Source: a virus (lineage: Duplodnaviria; Caudoviricetes). From it: a stretch of DNA of 64,000 nt. Below are positions 26,620 through 35,077 of this stretch, one piece after another. Position 1 is the first letter of the stretch. Each line of letters opens with the position of its first letter. The notes under the pieces are model-generated. The model did not search any database, was not told the DNA's origin, and worked only from the letters and a program-made list of their open reading frames with translations. The stretch spans positions 673-64,672 of the IMG/VR virus record IMGVR_UViG_3300009619_000001; one strand, 5' to 3'. Made by a program: the position numbers and the translations under genes.

Positions 26620-26883
26620 ATGAAAAAATCAAAAATTGATCAAATTTGCGAAGAAGTAGCTTACGACTTACAACTTGACAAGAAGCTTGTTAAGAAAGTA
26701 ATTCAAGAGCTCTTTGTAGAAATTGCATCTAATCTTGTTTTTAAAAAGAAGCATATTCTATTAAGAGGCTTTGCAAAGATAGTAATACAAGGAATTGCTA
26801 AAAATAAATATAAACCTTTTGATCCTATGGAGTACGAAACTCGTACTGAAGAGGATTGGAAAAAACAACAAAAAAATGAGTAA
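26620..26883 (+). CDS. HU/IHF-like DNA-binding protein
   Basis: KIDQICEEVAYDLQLDKKLVKKVIQELFVEIASNL...ILLRGFAKI fits the HU/IHF helical body plus LRGFG-like motif. Confidence 0.7.
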   Translation: MKKSKIDQICEEVAYDLQLDKKLVKKVIQELFVEIASNLVFKKKHILLRGFAKIVIQGIAKNKYKPFDPMEYETRTEEDWKKQQKNE

Positions 26884-27031
26884 AGAACGAGAAGAAGCTT
26901 TAAGACAGTTAAACAGATCAGAAGAATCATCAAGCGATACTTTTGAGTCTTGGATTGTTGACTTGACAGATCAAGATCAACCAGATACTTGCAGTATTGA
27001 TGACGAAGATTGTGAAGCCTGCGGATCTTAA
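26876..27031 (+). CDS. Small acidic protein ending CSIDDEDCEACGS (51 aa)
   Basis: Probable start ATG 26876 overlapping the HU gene; the three-Cys tail resembles the C-terminus of class Ia ribonucleotide reductase alpha subunits. Confidence 0.65.
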   Translation: MSKEREEALRQLNRSEESSSDTFESWIVDLTDQDQPDTCSIDDEDCEACGS

Positions 27032-27088
27032 AGTGCTACCGCACTACTATTTACTTAAACTATTTATTAATCCCTTAAAACCAAAATC

Positions 27089-27625
27089 ATGGGAAAAACT
27101 AAATCAGAAGTTCTAAACGAGCTATTTAAAAAGTGCAACCTTACTAACGAGGATGTACACAAACACAAATTCTATACTATCATCACAAGATCAGGTATAG
27201 AAAAAGTTCAGGCAGCATTTGGTATTGACGTTGAGTACAGCGTTGAAAACCTATCTGCAGACCATAAATACTGCCTAATTAAGGCTAAAGGTATTATGGG
27301 TGACTCATGGACTGAGACTTATGGCGAATCATCTCCGTCAAACAATAGCAATGCCTATCCTGTTGCTATGGCCGAGAAGCGTGCTTTATCTCGTATTGTC
27401 CTTAAGTTAGCTGGACTATATTCTCAAGGAGTATTTGGTGAAGATGAATCAGTAGATTTTGCTGCGTCTAACAACCCTAAAAAGACTCTTGACGACAAAA
27501 CCTTTCAGGCTATGCTAAAAGCTACTAAAACAGATCCTCAGAGAGTTTTAGATGCTATGTGCAAGTATACGCTAACTCCTTCTCAAGAAGAAGAGTTGAC
27601 CTCTGCTGCAAACGCTGAAATTTAA
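27089..27625 (+). CDS. Probable ssDNA annealing recombinase (Rad52/Sak-like)
   Basis: IITRSGIEK, ETYGESS and YPVAMAEKRALSRIVLKLAG motifs; adjacent to the SSB. Confidence 0.55.
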   Translation: MGKTKSEVLNELFKKCNLTNEDVHKHKFYTIITRSGIEKVQAAFGIDVEYSVENLSADHKYCLIKAKGIMGDSWTETYGESSPSNNSNAYPVAMAEKRALSRIVLKLAGLYSQGVFGEDESVDFAASNNPKKTLDDKTFQAMLKATKTDPQRVLDAMCKYTLTPSQEEELTSAANAEI

Positions 27626-27641
27626 TCAATTAGTAACTTAC

Positions 27642-27671
27642 GGAGGGGAGAAAATCTCCCTTCCTTTTTTT
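27642..27671 (+). terminator. Intrinsic terminator
   Basis: GGAGGGGAGA-AAA-TCTCCCTTCC followed by a T run. Confidence 0.8.
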
Positions 27672-27711
27672 CACCGAGCCATAAACTTACAAGGCTCACA
27701 AATCATTTATT

Positions 27712-28065
27712 ATGTCAAATTTGCAAATTACAGGAACAATCAAATTAATTAACGAAGTACAATCAGGTATTTCTAAAACAACTAACAAAGAGTGGAAAAA
27801 ACTCAATTTTGTTATTGAAACTAAAAGCGACTACCCTAAGTCTGTTGCATTTACAGTATTCGGAGGAGAAAAGGTAGACAACTTTGTTAAGTACAACAAG
27901 GTTGGTCAAACAGTTGACGTTAGCTTTGATCCAGAATCTCGTGAATACAAAGGGAGATACTACACAGATCTAAACGCTTGGAAAGTTTTCACTAATAAAG
28001 GTGAAGAAACTAGCGCACCAGCAGGAAACAACGCTCCTGTTGACGCTGGCGACATGCCATTCTAG
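27712..28065 (+). CDS. DUF3127 Bacteroidota-type single-stranded DNA-binding protein
   Basis: LQITGTI...WKKLNFVIET...YPKSVAFTVFG...SREYKGRYYTDLNAWKV and an acidic tail ending DMPF. Confidence 0.85.
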   Translation: MSNLQITGTIKLINEVQSGISKTTNKEWKKLNFVIETKSDYPKSVAFTVFGGEKVDNFVKYNKVGQTVDVSFDPESREYKGRYYTDLNAWKVFTNKGEETSAPAGNNAPVDAGDMPF

Positions 28066-28116
28066 TATAAATTTACCCCTGAAAGGTTCGCCAAGTAGGG
28101 GGTAATTTTATTTTCC

Positions 28117-28124
28117 TATATTTG
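28117..28124 (+). promoter_or_regulatory. Bacteroidota -7 promoter element TATATTTG
   Basis: Intergenic, after a hairpin at about 28064-28107, 11 nt before the ATG at 28136. Confidence 0.7.
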
Positions 28125-28135
28125 TACAAACGCAA

Positions 28136-28564
28136 ATGATGGAAAAGAGAACATTTTTTATTCCATTCAGTACGCCATCATCTAAAAATGGTAAACGCTG
28201 GACTGGAAAACACATGATCCACTCCAAAACAGTAATGAACTACATTAAGAATACTAAGCCGTATTGGCAAGAATATTCAGAAGAGTTTAGGGCTATTATG
28301 GATGGGCTACAAAAACCTGTAAAAATATCGTTTAAATTTATTAGAGGAACTAGACATAAGTTTGATTACGTCAACCCCTTACAAACCGTTCAAGACCAAA
28401 TGGTTATACATGGATGGATGGAAGATGACAACTGTGATCAAATTATACCTAGCTTTGAAAAGTATGTTTACGATAAAGAAAAGGCAGGGTGTTATATAAC
28501 CATTAAGAAAACCAATAAACCAATTCAAGATGAATCAGGAACTAGTAATGAAAACTCTGGGTAG
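28136..28564 (+). CDS. RusA-like Holliday junction resolvase
   Basis: PSSKN, FDYVNPLQTVQDQMVIHGWMEDDN acidic catalytic pattern. Confidence 0.7.
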   Translation: MMEKRTFFIPFSTPSSKNGKRWTGKHMIHSKTVMNYIKNTKPYWQEYSEEFRAIMDGLQKPVKISFKFIRGTRHKFDYVNPLQTVQDQMVIHGWMEDDNCDQIIPSFEKYVYDKEKAGCYITIKKTNKPIQDESGTSNENSG

Positions 28565-28934
28565 AATCCTTAGTGATGTTAAGTTTCTTATGGATGCTGT
28601 AGTTAACGACTATCAGCCAAAAGAGAAAGCTCCTAATGAGTATACTAAAGACTTTATGGATTTCTATAAGGCGTATGGTATAAATAAAACTAAGAGCCAA
28701 TCTTTTGCTAAATGGAAAAAGCTAAATAATCAGCAGAAAGCTACGATTATGGAGTTAATACCATTGTACCATAAAGCTTTTGAGCCTAAATTCAGAAAGT
28801 ATCCTAACAACTTTTTATCAAACAATTGTTGGGAGGACTACTTGTATTTGCTTGAAACTAACAAGCAATCAGAAGATAGGGCTAAAAAGATAGCTAAAGC
28901 TCAAGAGGATCGTTTAGACGCTTACAACTTCTAG
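28530..28934 (+). CDS. Replication initiator/helicase-loader-like protein (lambdoid-type C-terminal domain)
   Basis: FMDFYKAYG...KSQSFAKWKKL...RKYPNNFLSNNCWED resembles the F..FW..YP.K..K..A...W.KL...P.TWLN...WED domain; directly precedes the helicase. Confidence 0.65.
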   Translation: MNQELVMKTLGRILSDVKFLMDAVVNDYQPKEKAPNEYTKDFMDFYKAYGINKTKSQSFAKWKKLNNQQKATIMELIPLYHKAFEPKFRKYPNNFLSNNCWEDYLYLLETNKQSEDRAKKIAKAQEDRLDAYNF

Positions 28935-28935
28935 T

Positions 28936-29910
28936 ATGGATTATAAAATTAATTCTAAAGAAGAAATCTCTGAGTATCTGAATCATGTTTACAAGAACGG
29001 ATACAACAAAGGATTATCTACAGGAATACCGTGGCTAGACAAGCACTACACTTACAGGAAAGGTGAATTAGATGTTATTACAGGCTTTGCCAATATTGGT
29101 AAGACCACAGCAATCTTTTACCTTATGATGTTAGCATCAGTTAAGTATAAGTGGAAGTGGCTATGCTATTGTCCAGAAAACGAGCCAGTAGGTGAGATGG
29201 TTATTGATCTTGCAGAAATGTTTATAGGAATGACTGCCGACAAAACAAAGTCAGAGCGCATGGATAGATCAGTATTTGATGCTGCCTGCGCTTGGGTAAT
29301 GGAACACTTTAAAGTAGTTTCGTTCCCTACAACGCCAACAATCTATGATGTTCTTGAGGTTTTTCAAGACGAAATAGATAATGGCAACTTTGACGGTTGT
29401 TATGTTGATCCTATGAATGACTTAGCTATTAACAGATCAATGAGTAAGTACGACTACTACTATCAGGTATTGTCTGACATACGTAGATTTAAACAGAAAA
29501 ACTTTGTAAAGTTTATACTGGTAACTCACGCTGTTACTAAAGCAGCTAGAGAACGAGGAGATGACGGTAATATACCTGCACCATCACACTACGATGTAGA
29601 GATGGGTGGTATGTTTGCCAATAGAACGGACAACTTTATAGTTGTACACAGGAATCCTAATTCTGACGATTGGAGTGATACACAGATTCATGTAAGGAAG
29701 ATTAAATTCCAGAAGCTTGTAGGTATTCCAACGCAGGATAACGAGCCTGTAATACTCAGATTCGAGCCTAGACTATGTAGGTTTAGATCTTTAAACAAAA
29801 AGAAAATGGTGTGGGAAGATGTTCTAGAGCAGAATACCATGGATTTTATGAGTAGCCATAAGGTTAAAATAGAGCCAGAAATCTTCGATAATAATAACTT
29901 ACCCTTTTAA
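28936..29910 (+). CDS. SF4 (DnaB/twinkle-like) replicative helicase without primase domain
   Basis: Walker A TGFANIGKT, Walker B YVDPMN, LVTHAVTK and DNFIVVHR motifs. Confidence 0.85.
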   Translation: MDYKINSKEEISEYLNHVYKNGYNKGLSTGIPWLDKHYTYRKGELDVITGFANIGKTTAIFYLMMLASVKYKWKWLCYCPENEPVGEMVIDLAEMFIGMTADKTKSERMDRSVFDAACAWVMEHFKVVSFPTTPTIYDVLEVFQDEIDNGNFDGCYVDPMNDLAINRSMSKYDYYYQVLSDIRRFKQKNFVKFILVTHAVTKAARERGDDGNIPAPSHYDVEMGGMFANRTDNFIVVHRNPNSDDWSDTQIHVRKIKFQKLVGIPTQDNEPVILRFEPRLCRFRSLNKKKMVWEDVLEQNTMDFMSSHKVKIEPEIFDNNNLPF

Positions 29911-29921
29911 AAACAAAAATC

Positions 29922-30305
29922 ATGGGAAAAACAAAAGAGATCACAGAAGATCAACAAAAAGCTTTAGACGCTGAAAAAGCATTTAGAGAGTCGCCATTAG
30001 GGCAAAACATTACTCAGTTAGAAGATCATGTTGCTAATCATTTAGTTGACATGCTTGACGCTGTTGGTGTTGGAGTAACAGACGACAATAGAGATGTTGT
30101 AATGTCTAACTTTATTGCTGCAGCTCACGCTGCTGGAACAATTCAGAAATTAGTTTGGGAGCAATTAGACTTCGAAGCTAAACAAAGAAATCTTCAGCAA
30201 GCCGCTCCTTCAGCTCAAACTGAAAAGCAAGCTAGAAAAGCTGAAAAAAAAGAAGCAGTTAAAAAAAACAGGCCTAGAGGTAAAACTTCTATGAAAAAGG
30301 CTTAA
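29922..30305 (+). CDS. Hypothetical protein
   Basis: 127 aa, basic C-terminus. Confidence 0.6.
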   Translation: MGKTKEITEDQQKALDAEKAFRESPLGQNITQLEDHVANHLVDMLDAVGVGVTDDNRDVVMSNFIAAAHAAGTIQKLVWEQLDFEAKQRNLQQAAPSAQTEKQARKAEKKEAVKKNRPRGKTSMKKA

Positions 30306-30343
30306 GTTTTATTAACAAAACTTTTTTATTACAGAAAAACTAC

Positions 30344-30351
30344 TATATTTG
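30344..30351 (+). promoter_or_regulatory. Bacteroidota -7 promoter element TATATTTG
   Basis: Intergenic; followed by an approximately 80-nt leader ending in a terminator-like hairpin. Confidence 0.6.
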
Positions 30352-30403
30352 TTATGTGATTTGGTTATTACATAATGTAATTGGTTTTAATGGTTAATTA
30401 GTG

Positions 30404-30435
30404 AGAAGGGGGCTTTATGCTCCCTTTCTTATTTT
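30404..30435 (+). terminator. Terminator-like hairpin in the leader of the exonuclease gene
   Basis: AGAAGGGGGC-TTTAT-GCTCCCTTTCT followed by TATTTT. Confidence 0.6.
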
Positions 30436-30447
30436 AAAACAATTATT

Positions 30448-31257
30448 ATGCAAGAAACAAAAGATCAATTCATTGAAAAGCTAAAAGACGATAGCTTTTA
30501 CTATTCAGACAAGTCGCATGTAAGCTGCTCTATGCTAAAGCACTTGCTTAAATCTCCTATACACTTACAGATGTACTTAGACAATCCTCCACCATCAACG
30601 CCTGCTATGGCTTTTGGTAGCGCATTGCATTGTCTGTTGTTAGAGCCAGAAAAGTTTAATGATGGCTTTTACATATACGACACTAAGCATAGACCTGAAA
30701 AGGATAAGACTATGGCCTCTAAGGCAAACAAAGAGTGGAAAGCAAAACAGATCAGAACATCTTACGCTAAAAATCAGATATTAATAACGTCTGAAGACTT
30801 AGATAAGATAGATGATATGATTAGCTCTATGACTAAACACGAAGATGTTAACAAGATACTAAGCACTTGCGAAAAAGAAAAAGCAATTGCATGGTCTAAT
30901 ATTGTTAATGACTCTACAATAGACTGCAAAGGTAAAATAGACTTAGCTACCTTTGATTACATAGCTGACGTTAAAACTACGGCTGAATTTGGAGGTATTG
31001 ACAAGTTTAGGTACGATTGCAAAAAGTACCATTACGACATGCAGGCTGCGTTTTATTGCGATGCACTAGGCTTAGATCAGTTTAAGTTTATTGTAGTTGG
31101 CAAGAACGATCCTTATGACGTTGGTATATTTGACGTATCACCAGAGTTCTTAGAGTCTGGAAGACAGAAGTATAAGTATGCGCTATCACAATATGAGAAA
31201 TATTTCATATCTTGCGCCAAGAATATAGATAACTATATAGAGAAAGGAACATTGTGA
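30448..31257 (+). CDS. PD-(D/E)XK exonuclease, RecE/ExoVIII-like (DUF3799)
   Basis: SCSMLK, AMAFGSALHCLLLEP, CKGKID, IADVKTT and YHYDMQAAFY motifs. Confidence 0.85.
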   Translation: MQETKDQFIEKLKDDSFYYSDKSHVSCSMLKHLLKSPIHLQMYLDNPPPSTPAMAFGSALHCLLLEPEKFNDGFYIYDTKHRPEKDKTMASKANKEWKAKQIRTSYAKNQILITSEDLDKIDDMISSMTKHEDVNKILSTCEKEKAIAWSNIVNDSTIDCKGKIDLATFDYIADVKTTAEFGGIDKFRYDCKKYHYDMQAAFYCDALGLDQFKFIVVGKNDPYDVGIFDVSPEFLESGRQKYKYALSQYEKYFISCAKNIDNYIEKGTL

Positions 31258-31493
31258 AGAAAGAATATAACAACTGGTTAAAAGAGAACAAAATGCAATC
31301 AACCTACCATTCGTGTGAGGTTACTAGAGGAATGATAGACAAACTTCTATCTTTAAATGCTTCATTGCAAGCAACGCTAGGAACCGATTCTACAAGAGAA
31401 GAAAGACAAATCGTGAAAGCAAAAACTGAAAAGTTAATGAACGAAATCAAAGAAATTGATCCGTCATTTCACGATATTATTAATCTAAACTAA
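31254..31493 (+). CDS. Hypothetical protein
   Basis: 79 aa, GTG start overlapping the upstream stop. Confidence 0.55.
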   Translation: MKKEYNNWLKENKMQSTYHSCEVTRGMIDKLLSLNASLQATLGTDSTREERQIVKAKTEKLMNEIKEIDPSFHDIINLN

Positions 31494-31497
31494 AATC

Positions 31498-32613
31498 ATG
31501 GCAAATCATAGGATGCGTCTGACTCCAGACGAAATTGATATTATCAAAGAAATGAGAGCTCAAGAAATAGCTTTTAATGCAAATGGTAATGATCAAGTAT
31601 CAAACGTGTATCTTGACTATTTAAAGGAAAGATCAATCGACCCTCAAGATGTAATTTCTGTAAAACATTGGCAATCCGCAAGCGGTGAACCTAGGTTTTC
31701 TATAGTTACAAAAAACGATTCAGGAATAATGAAAGACTCAGAGAGGGCTAATCTTCTCTCTAGTATTGAAAAAGTTATTAGTAATCATAAAATTTCATAT
31801 CCTGAAAAAGTTTACGACAAAAACTCACAACACTTACTTGTAATTAATCCAGCTGACATTCATGTTGGTAAACTAGCAATAGCTAAAGAAACTGGAGAAG
31901 AGTACAATAAAGAGATTGCAAAACAAAGAGTTTTAGAAGGTATTAGAGGAATCATAGATCAATCTTCTGGATTTACAATAGATAAGGTATTATTTTGTAT
32001 TGGTAATGACGTACTACACGTAGACAACGTATTTAATACAACTACAAAAGGAACTCAACAAGATCAACACGGAAAGTGGTGGCAATCTTTTGAGCTTGCT
32101 TTAGAGATTTATGTTGCTGCTGTAGATATGCTTTTACAGGTTGCTCCTGTAGATTGCGTACACTCTATGAGTAATCATGATTATCAGTCAGGATACCATT
32201 TAGCACATTGCTTAAAGTCATGGTATAAAGACTGTAAAGATGTTACTGTAGACGAAGGCCCTGCCTATCGTAAATACTACAAGTATCATAACAACATGAT
32301 AGGACTAGAACACGGAGACGGAGCTAAAGCTGCAGACCTCCCTTTGTTAATGGCTCAAGAAGAGCCTAGTATGTGGGCTGACTGCCAACATAGAACTATG
32401 TTCTTGCATCATGTTCACCATAAAATCAAACTTAAATTTCAATCTGCTAAAGACTATATCGGTGTTACCGTGGAGTACATGAGAAGCCCATCTGGTGCTG
32501 ATTCATGGCACGCAAGGAAGGGATACAAGGGAGCGCCTAAAGCTGTCGAAGGATTCTTATTCCATAAAGACAACGGTAGAGTTGCTAGTTTAGTATACAA
32601 TTTCAATGAGTAG
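31498..32613 (+). CDS. Calcineurin-like metallophosphoesterase
   Basis: DIHVG, GNDVLH, SNHD, EHGD and HHVHH metal-binding motifs. Confidence 0.8.
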   Translation: MANHRMRLTPDEIDIIKEMRAQEIAFNANGNDQVSNVYLDYLKERSIDPQDVISVKHWQSASGEPRFSIVTKNDSGIMKDSERANLLSSIEKVISNHKISYPEKVYDKNSQHLLVINPADIHVGKLAIAKETGEEYNKEIAKQRVLEGIRGIIDQSSGFTIDKVLFCIGNDVLHVDNVFNTTTKGTQQDQHGKWWQSFELALEIYVAAVDMLLQVAPVDCVHSMSNHDYQSGYHLAHCLKSWYKDCKDVTVDEGPAYRKYYKYHNNMIGLEHGDGAKAADLPLLMAQEEPSMWADCQHRTMFLHHVHHKIKLKFQSAKDYIGVTVEYMRSPSGADSWHARKGYKGAPKAVEGFLFHKDNGRVASLVYNFNE

Positions 32614-32845
32614 CATAGAAAACAAGGTCTGCATAAAGATTTTAGACAGAGCAGAGGTTGGAGAGAAAAAGTACAAAACCACAATGGAGCGTACTGATCT
32701 CTCCGAGCTTGACTGGCTTATACACGCGCAAGAAGAAGCTATGGATTTAGCAATTTACTTGGAAAAATTAATTCAAACTAAGCAAAATGAAAGCTGTAAT
32801 AAAGAACCTTCTAGATGTTTGTGTAAAAAGAAAAAAAAGCCTTAA
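32606..32845 (+). CDS. Small all-alpha NTP pyrophosphatase-like protein
   Basis: GEKKYKTTMERTDL and HAQEEAMDLAIYL (EExxD) pattern. Confidence 0.5.
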   Translation: MSSIENKVCIKILDRAEVGEKKYKTTMERTDLSELDWLIHAQEEAMDLAIYLEKLIQTKQNESCNKEPSRCLCKKKKKP

Positions 32846-32919
32846 TGTACTAAGGAGGTTTTTAAGTATACACTACAAGATTAACATTTCAATTAACGCA
32901 TTAACCAAACGACTAAATT

Positions 32920-33120
32920 ATGAAAAAAACAAGACTACAAGAACTCTTTGATGAGTATGCTTTTTGGTATCACCAAGAAAAAACAGATCAAAATTTTGGA
33001 GACAGACAAGATGAACCAACATTTAAAGAATGGTTTAGCATGAAAGTTAATCAAACTGAAAATGTTTCATCTTTAGTTTTTCCACCAGAAGAACAAAATG
33101 TAATTAACAGATTAAAGTAA
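32920..33120 (+). CDS. Hypothetical protein
   Basis: 66 aa ORF. Confidence 0.5.
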   Translation: MKKTRLQELFDEYAFWYHQEKTDQNFGDRQDEPTFKEWFSMKVNQTENVSSLVFPPEEQNVINRLK

Positions 33121-33437
33121 TGCAGGTAGCCGAAGAAAGCTTAAAGCTAATAAGGCAAATGCAAACTAGCAGCAAGGAATCTGCCTGCATGAATGCCTAT
33201 TTCGATGCTCTAATGGAGATAGAAGAAATGAAGAAAGAGCTTAGTAATTTTCCTAACAAAAATCACAAGAATTACAAGCTAAAAGAAAAAAGGGTTAAAA
33301 TCCTTGAAAGCTCTATACAAGAATTTTATGGTTGCTACTTTAATATGGCCAAATATAAAGAGGCTTATGCAAAGTGGAAACATGTAGCAATTCAGAAAGA
33401 ATACGAGCTTGTAGAATTTATGAGTAACAATGTATAA
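33120..33437 (+). CDS. Hypothetical coiled-coil protein
   Basis: 105 aa, TAATG-coupled; last plus-strand gene. Confidence 0.6.
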   Translation: MQVAEESLKLIRQMQTSSKESACMNAYFDALMEIEEMKKELSNFPNKNHKNYKLKEKRVKILESSIQEFYGCYFNMAKYKEAYAKWKHVAIQKEYELVEFMSNNV

Positions 33438-33466
33438 AAATGGGGGGCACAAAGCCCCCTTTCTTA
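33436..33466. terminator. Bidirectional intrinsic terminator at the convergence of the two transcription units
   Basis: AAAAAT-GGGGGGC-ACAAA-GCCCCC-TTTCTT. Confidence 0.8.
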
Positions 33467-33853
33467 TTTAGAGTGAGATCCTCCGAAGAAGAAATCAATT
33501 ATTGTATTTACTTTACTTGACATTGCTCCAAATACAGTACTTATAAATCCAATTTCATAATCAGATAGATCTAGAGAGTTAAGCACAAAGTATTTAAACA
33601 TTGTGTATGAAAGGAAAAAGTAAGCTATTGTAAAGATTACTGCTAATACCTTTTGTATAATAGCATCATCTTTATATATCTCTCTCGCACTTTCTCTGTC
33701 TTTAACTTCAAGGGCAAACATTTCTTTTTCATGGTTTTTAGCCACTTCTTCAAACTGCTGCTTAAGTTTAATGCGTTCTTCATCTGTAGTAACTACTTCG
33801 TCAATAATAGTAGAGGCTTGCCCTACAAGATTTTTTATAATACTTTTTATCAT
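33464..33853 (-). CDS. Holin (holin-of-3TMs-like)
   Basis: TTDEERIKLK...EVKDRESARE, two TM segments and a DFFFGGS end; adjacent to the endolysin. Confidence 0.7.
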   Translation of the reverse strand: MIKSIIKNLVGQASTIIDEVVTTDEERIKLKQQFEEVAKNHEKEMFALEVKDRESAREIYKDDAIIQKVLAVIFTIAYFFLSYTMFKYFVLNSLDLSDYEIGFISTVFGAMSSKVNTIIDFFFGGSHSK

Positions 33854-34317
33854 AACATAATAATATCTGGTGCATATTTATACCTTGTGTCGCCATCTTC
33901 ATCTTTGTAGGCAATCAAGACATCTTTTCTATTTTTCTTTTCTCTTAAAGAAATGTGAATCCAAGAATAATCAAACTCATTAATCATTTGATCGAACTCT
34001 ATACCATTGTCAATGATCCAATCAAATAACTTTTTATTATTCATTTCTCCGTTTTCCCAAAACTGAATATCCACCGCTTCGCCTTTACAATGCTGGCTTT
34101 TGTTACTACCACCAATGGCACGATTGAGTGAAGGGCTGCGATAACCAGAGCTAATGCGAATAGGACCGAGAGCATCTCGCATAGGTTGTAACACTTCCCT
34201 AACGATGTTTTGAATGTTTTGTAAATGTTTTTTATCTGGCGCATTGTCTATACCTAATCTTTTAGCTGTATTGCTATGCGTTATTTCAGACAATACAAAA
34301 TTCTTACTTAATCTCAT
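33850..34317 (-). CDS. Endolysin, peptidase M15A family
   Basis: LSKNFVLSE, ISSGYRSPSLNRAIGG, SQHCKGEAVD and WIHIS zinc-binding motifs. Confidence 0.9.
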   Translation of the reverse strand: MRLSKNFVLSEITHSNTAKRLGIDNAPDKKHLQNIQNIVREVLQPMRDALGPIRISSGYRSPSLNRAIGGSNKSQHCKGEAVDIQFWENGEMNNKKLFDWIIDNGIEFDQMINEFDYSWIHISLREKKNRKDVLIAYKDEDGDTRYKYAPDIIML

Positions 34318-34648
34318 CTATTTGATTTTTTGCTTGATTTATTTCTAGGTCTTTTACAACTGTTCTTAAATAATCTACTTCTTTTTGTAAGTAAGAGATT
34401 CTAAGATCTTGTTTTGCATCGTCAGGCAATGCACCCATTTCTCCACGAGGCCATTTAATTCTAAACTCTTCGTTAAGTTGTACAGCATCTTGCATACGAA
34501 CTACATCTAATTGTAATTGCGCTATAGAGGCTGTAAGCGTAAACCATATACCAGCTAAAGACACTATACCAACAACAATGCTGACAAGTGTTTTTACATC
34601 TAAATTTATTTTAGATCCTTCTGATATATTAAGTTTATCTTCTTCCAC
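34304..34648 (-). CDS. Single-TM coiled-coil protein in lysis cassette
   Basis: N-terminal TM (LVSIVVGIVSLAGIWFTL) plus coiled coil; paralog of 35070..35345. Confidence 0.6.
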   Translation of the reverse strand: MEEDKLNISEGSKINLDVKTLVSIVVGIVSLAGIWFTLTASIAQLQLDVVRMQDAVQLNEEFRIKWPRGEMGALPDDAKQDLRISYLQKEVDYLRTVVKDLEINQAKNQIDEIK

Positions 34649-34717
34649 AATAAAAGTAGCTAAGTATTACCGTTGATAATACTACTGAGGAGCAAATTGC
34701 GATCATAATTTTGGTTT

Positions 34718-35077
34718 TTATAGTTCATTTATAGCTGATTGTACTTGTTCTCTGGTTGCTGTCACTTTTAGCATTATATTAGGACTGTACCTAAACCTTT
34801 CTTCTCCGTTCTTAAACACTATTAAAGTTGGAGTTGCAGTAACTTTATATTCATCGAGCATTGTTCGATCTCTGTTAACTACGTACCTGTATGCTTTACA
34901 GTTAGTAAGTTCAGGTAAAAATAAAATTTCGTTTCCTCTATTCCATCCAGACCAAAATTCTACTACTACTACACCTCTTCTTATTTCCCAATGAAATTTA
35001 TTTGTTGAAAGATATTCTTGACCTTTTGCCTTTAAAGGTATAAGAGATAATAGTAATATGAGTAGAATTTTACTCAT
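34718..35077 (-). CDS. Exported thioredoxin-fold protein lacking CxxC
   Basis: Signal peptide; VVVVEFWSGWNRGN in place of VVVDFWAxWCGPC; YKVTATPTLIVFKNGEE cis-Pro motif. Confidence 0.7.
   Translation of the reverse strand: MSKILLILLLSLIPLKAKGQEYLSTNKFHWEIRRGVVVVEFWSGWNRGNEILFLPELTNCKAYRYVVNRDRTMLDEYKVTATPTLIVFKNGEERFRYSPNIMLKVTATREQVQSAINEL

Noticed and set aside
28530-28934. Iteron-type origin inside the initiator-like gene
   Set aside because: Only short AAAGCT recurrences attributable to Lys-Ala/Leu codons; no regular spaced repeats.
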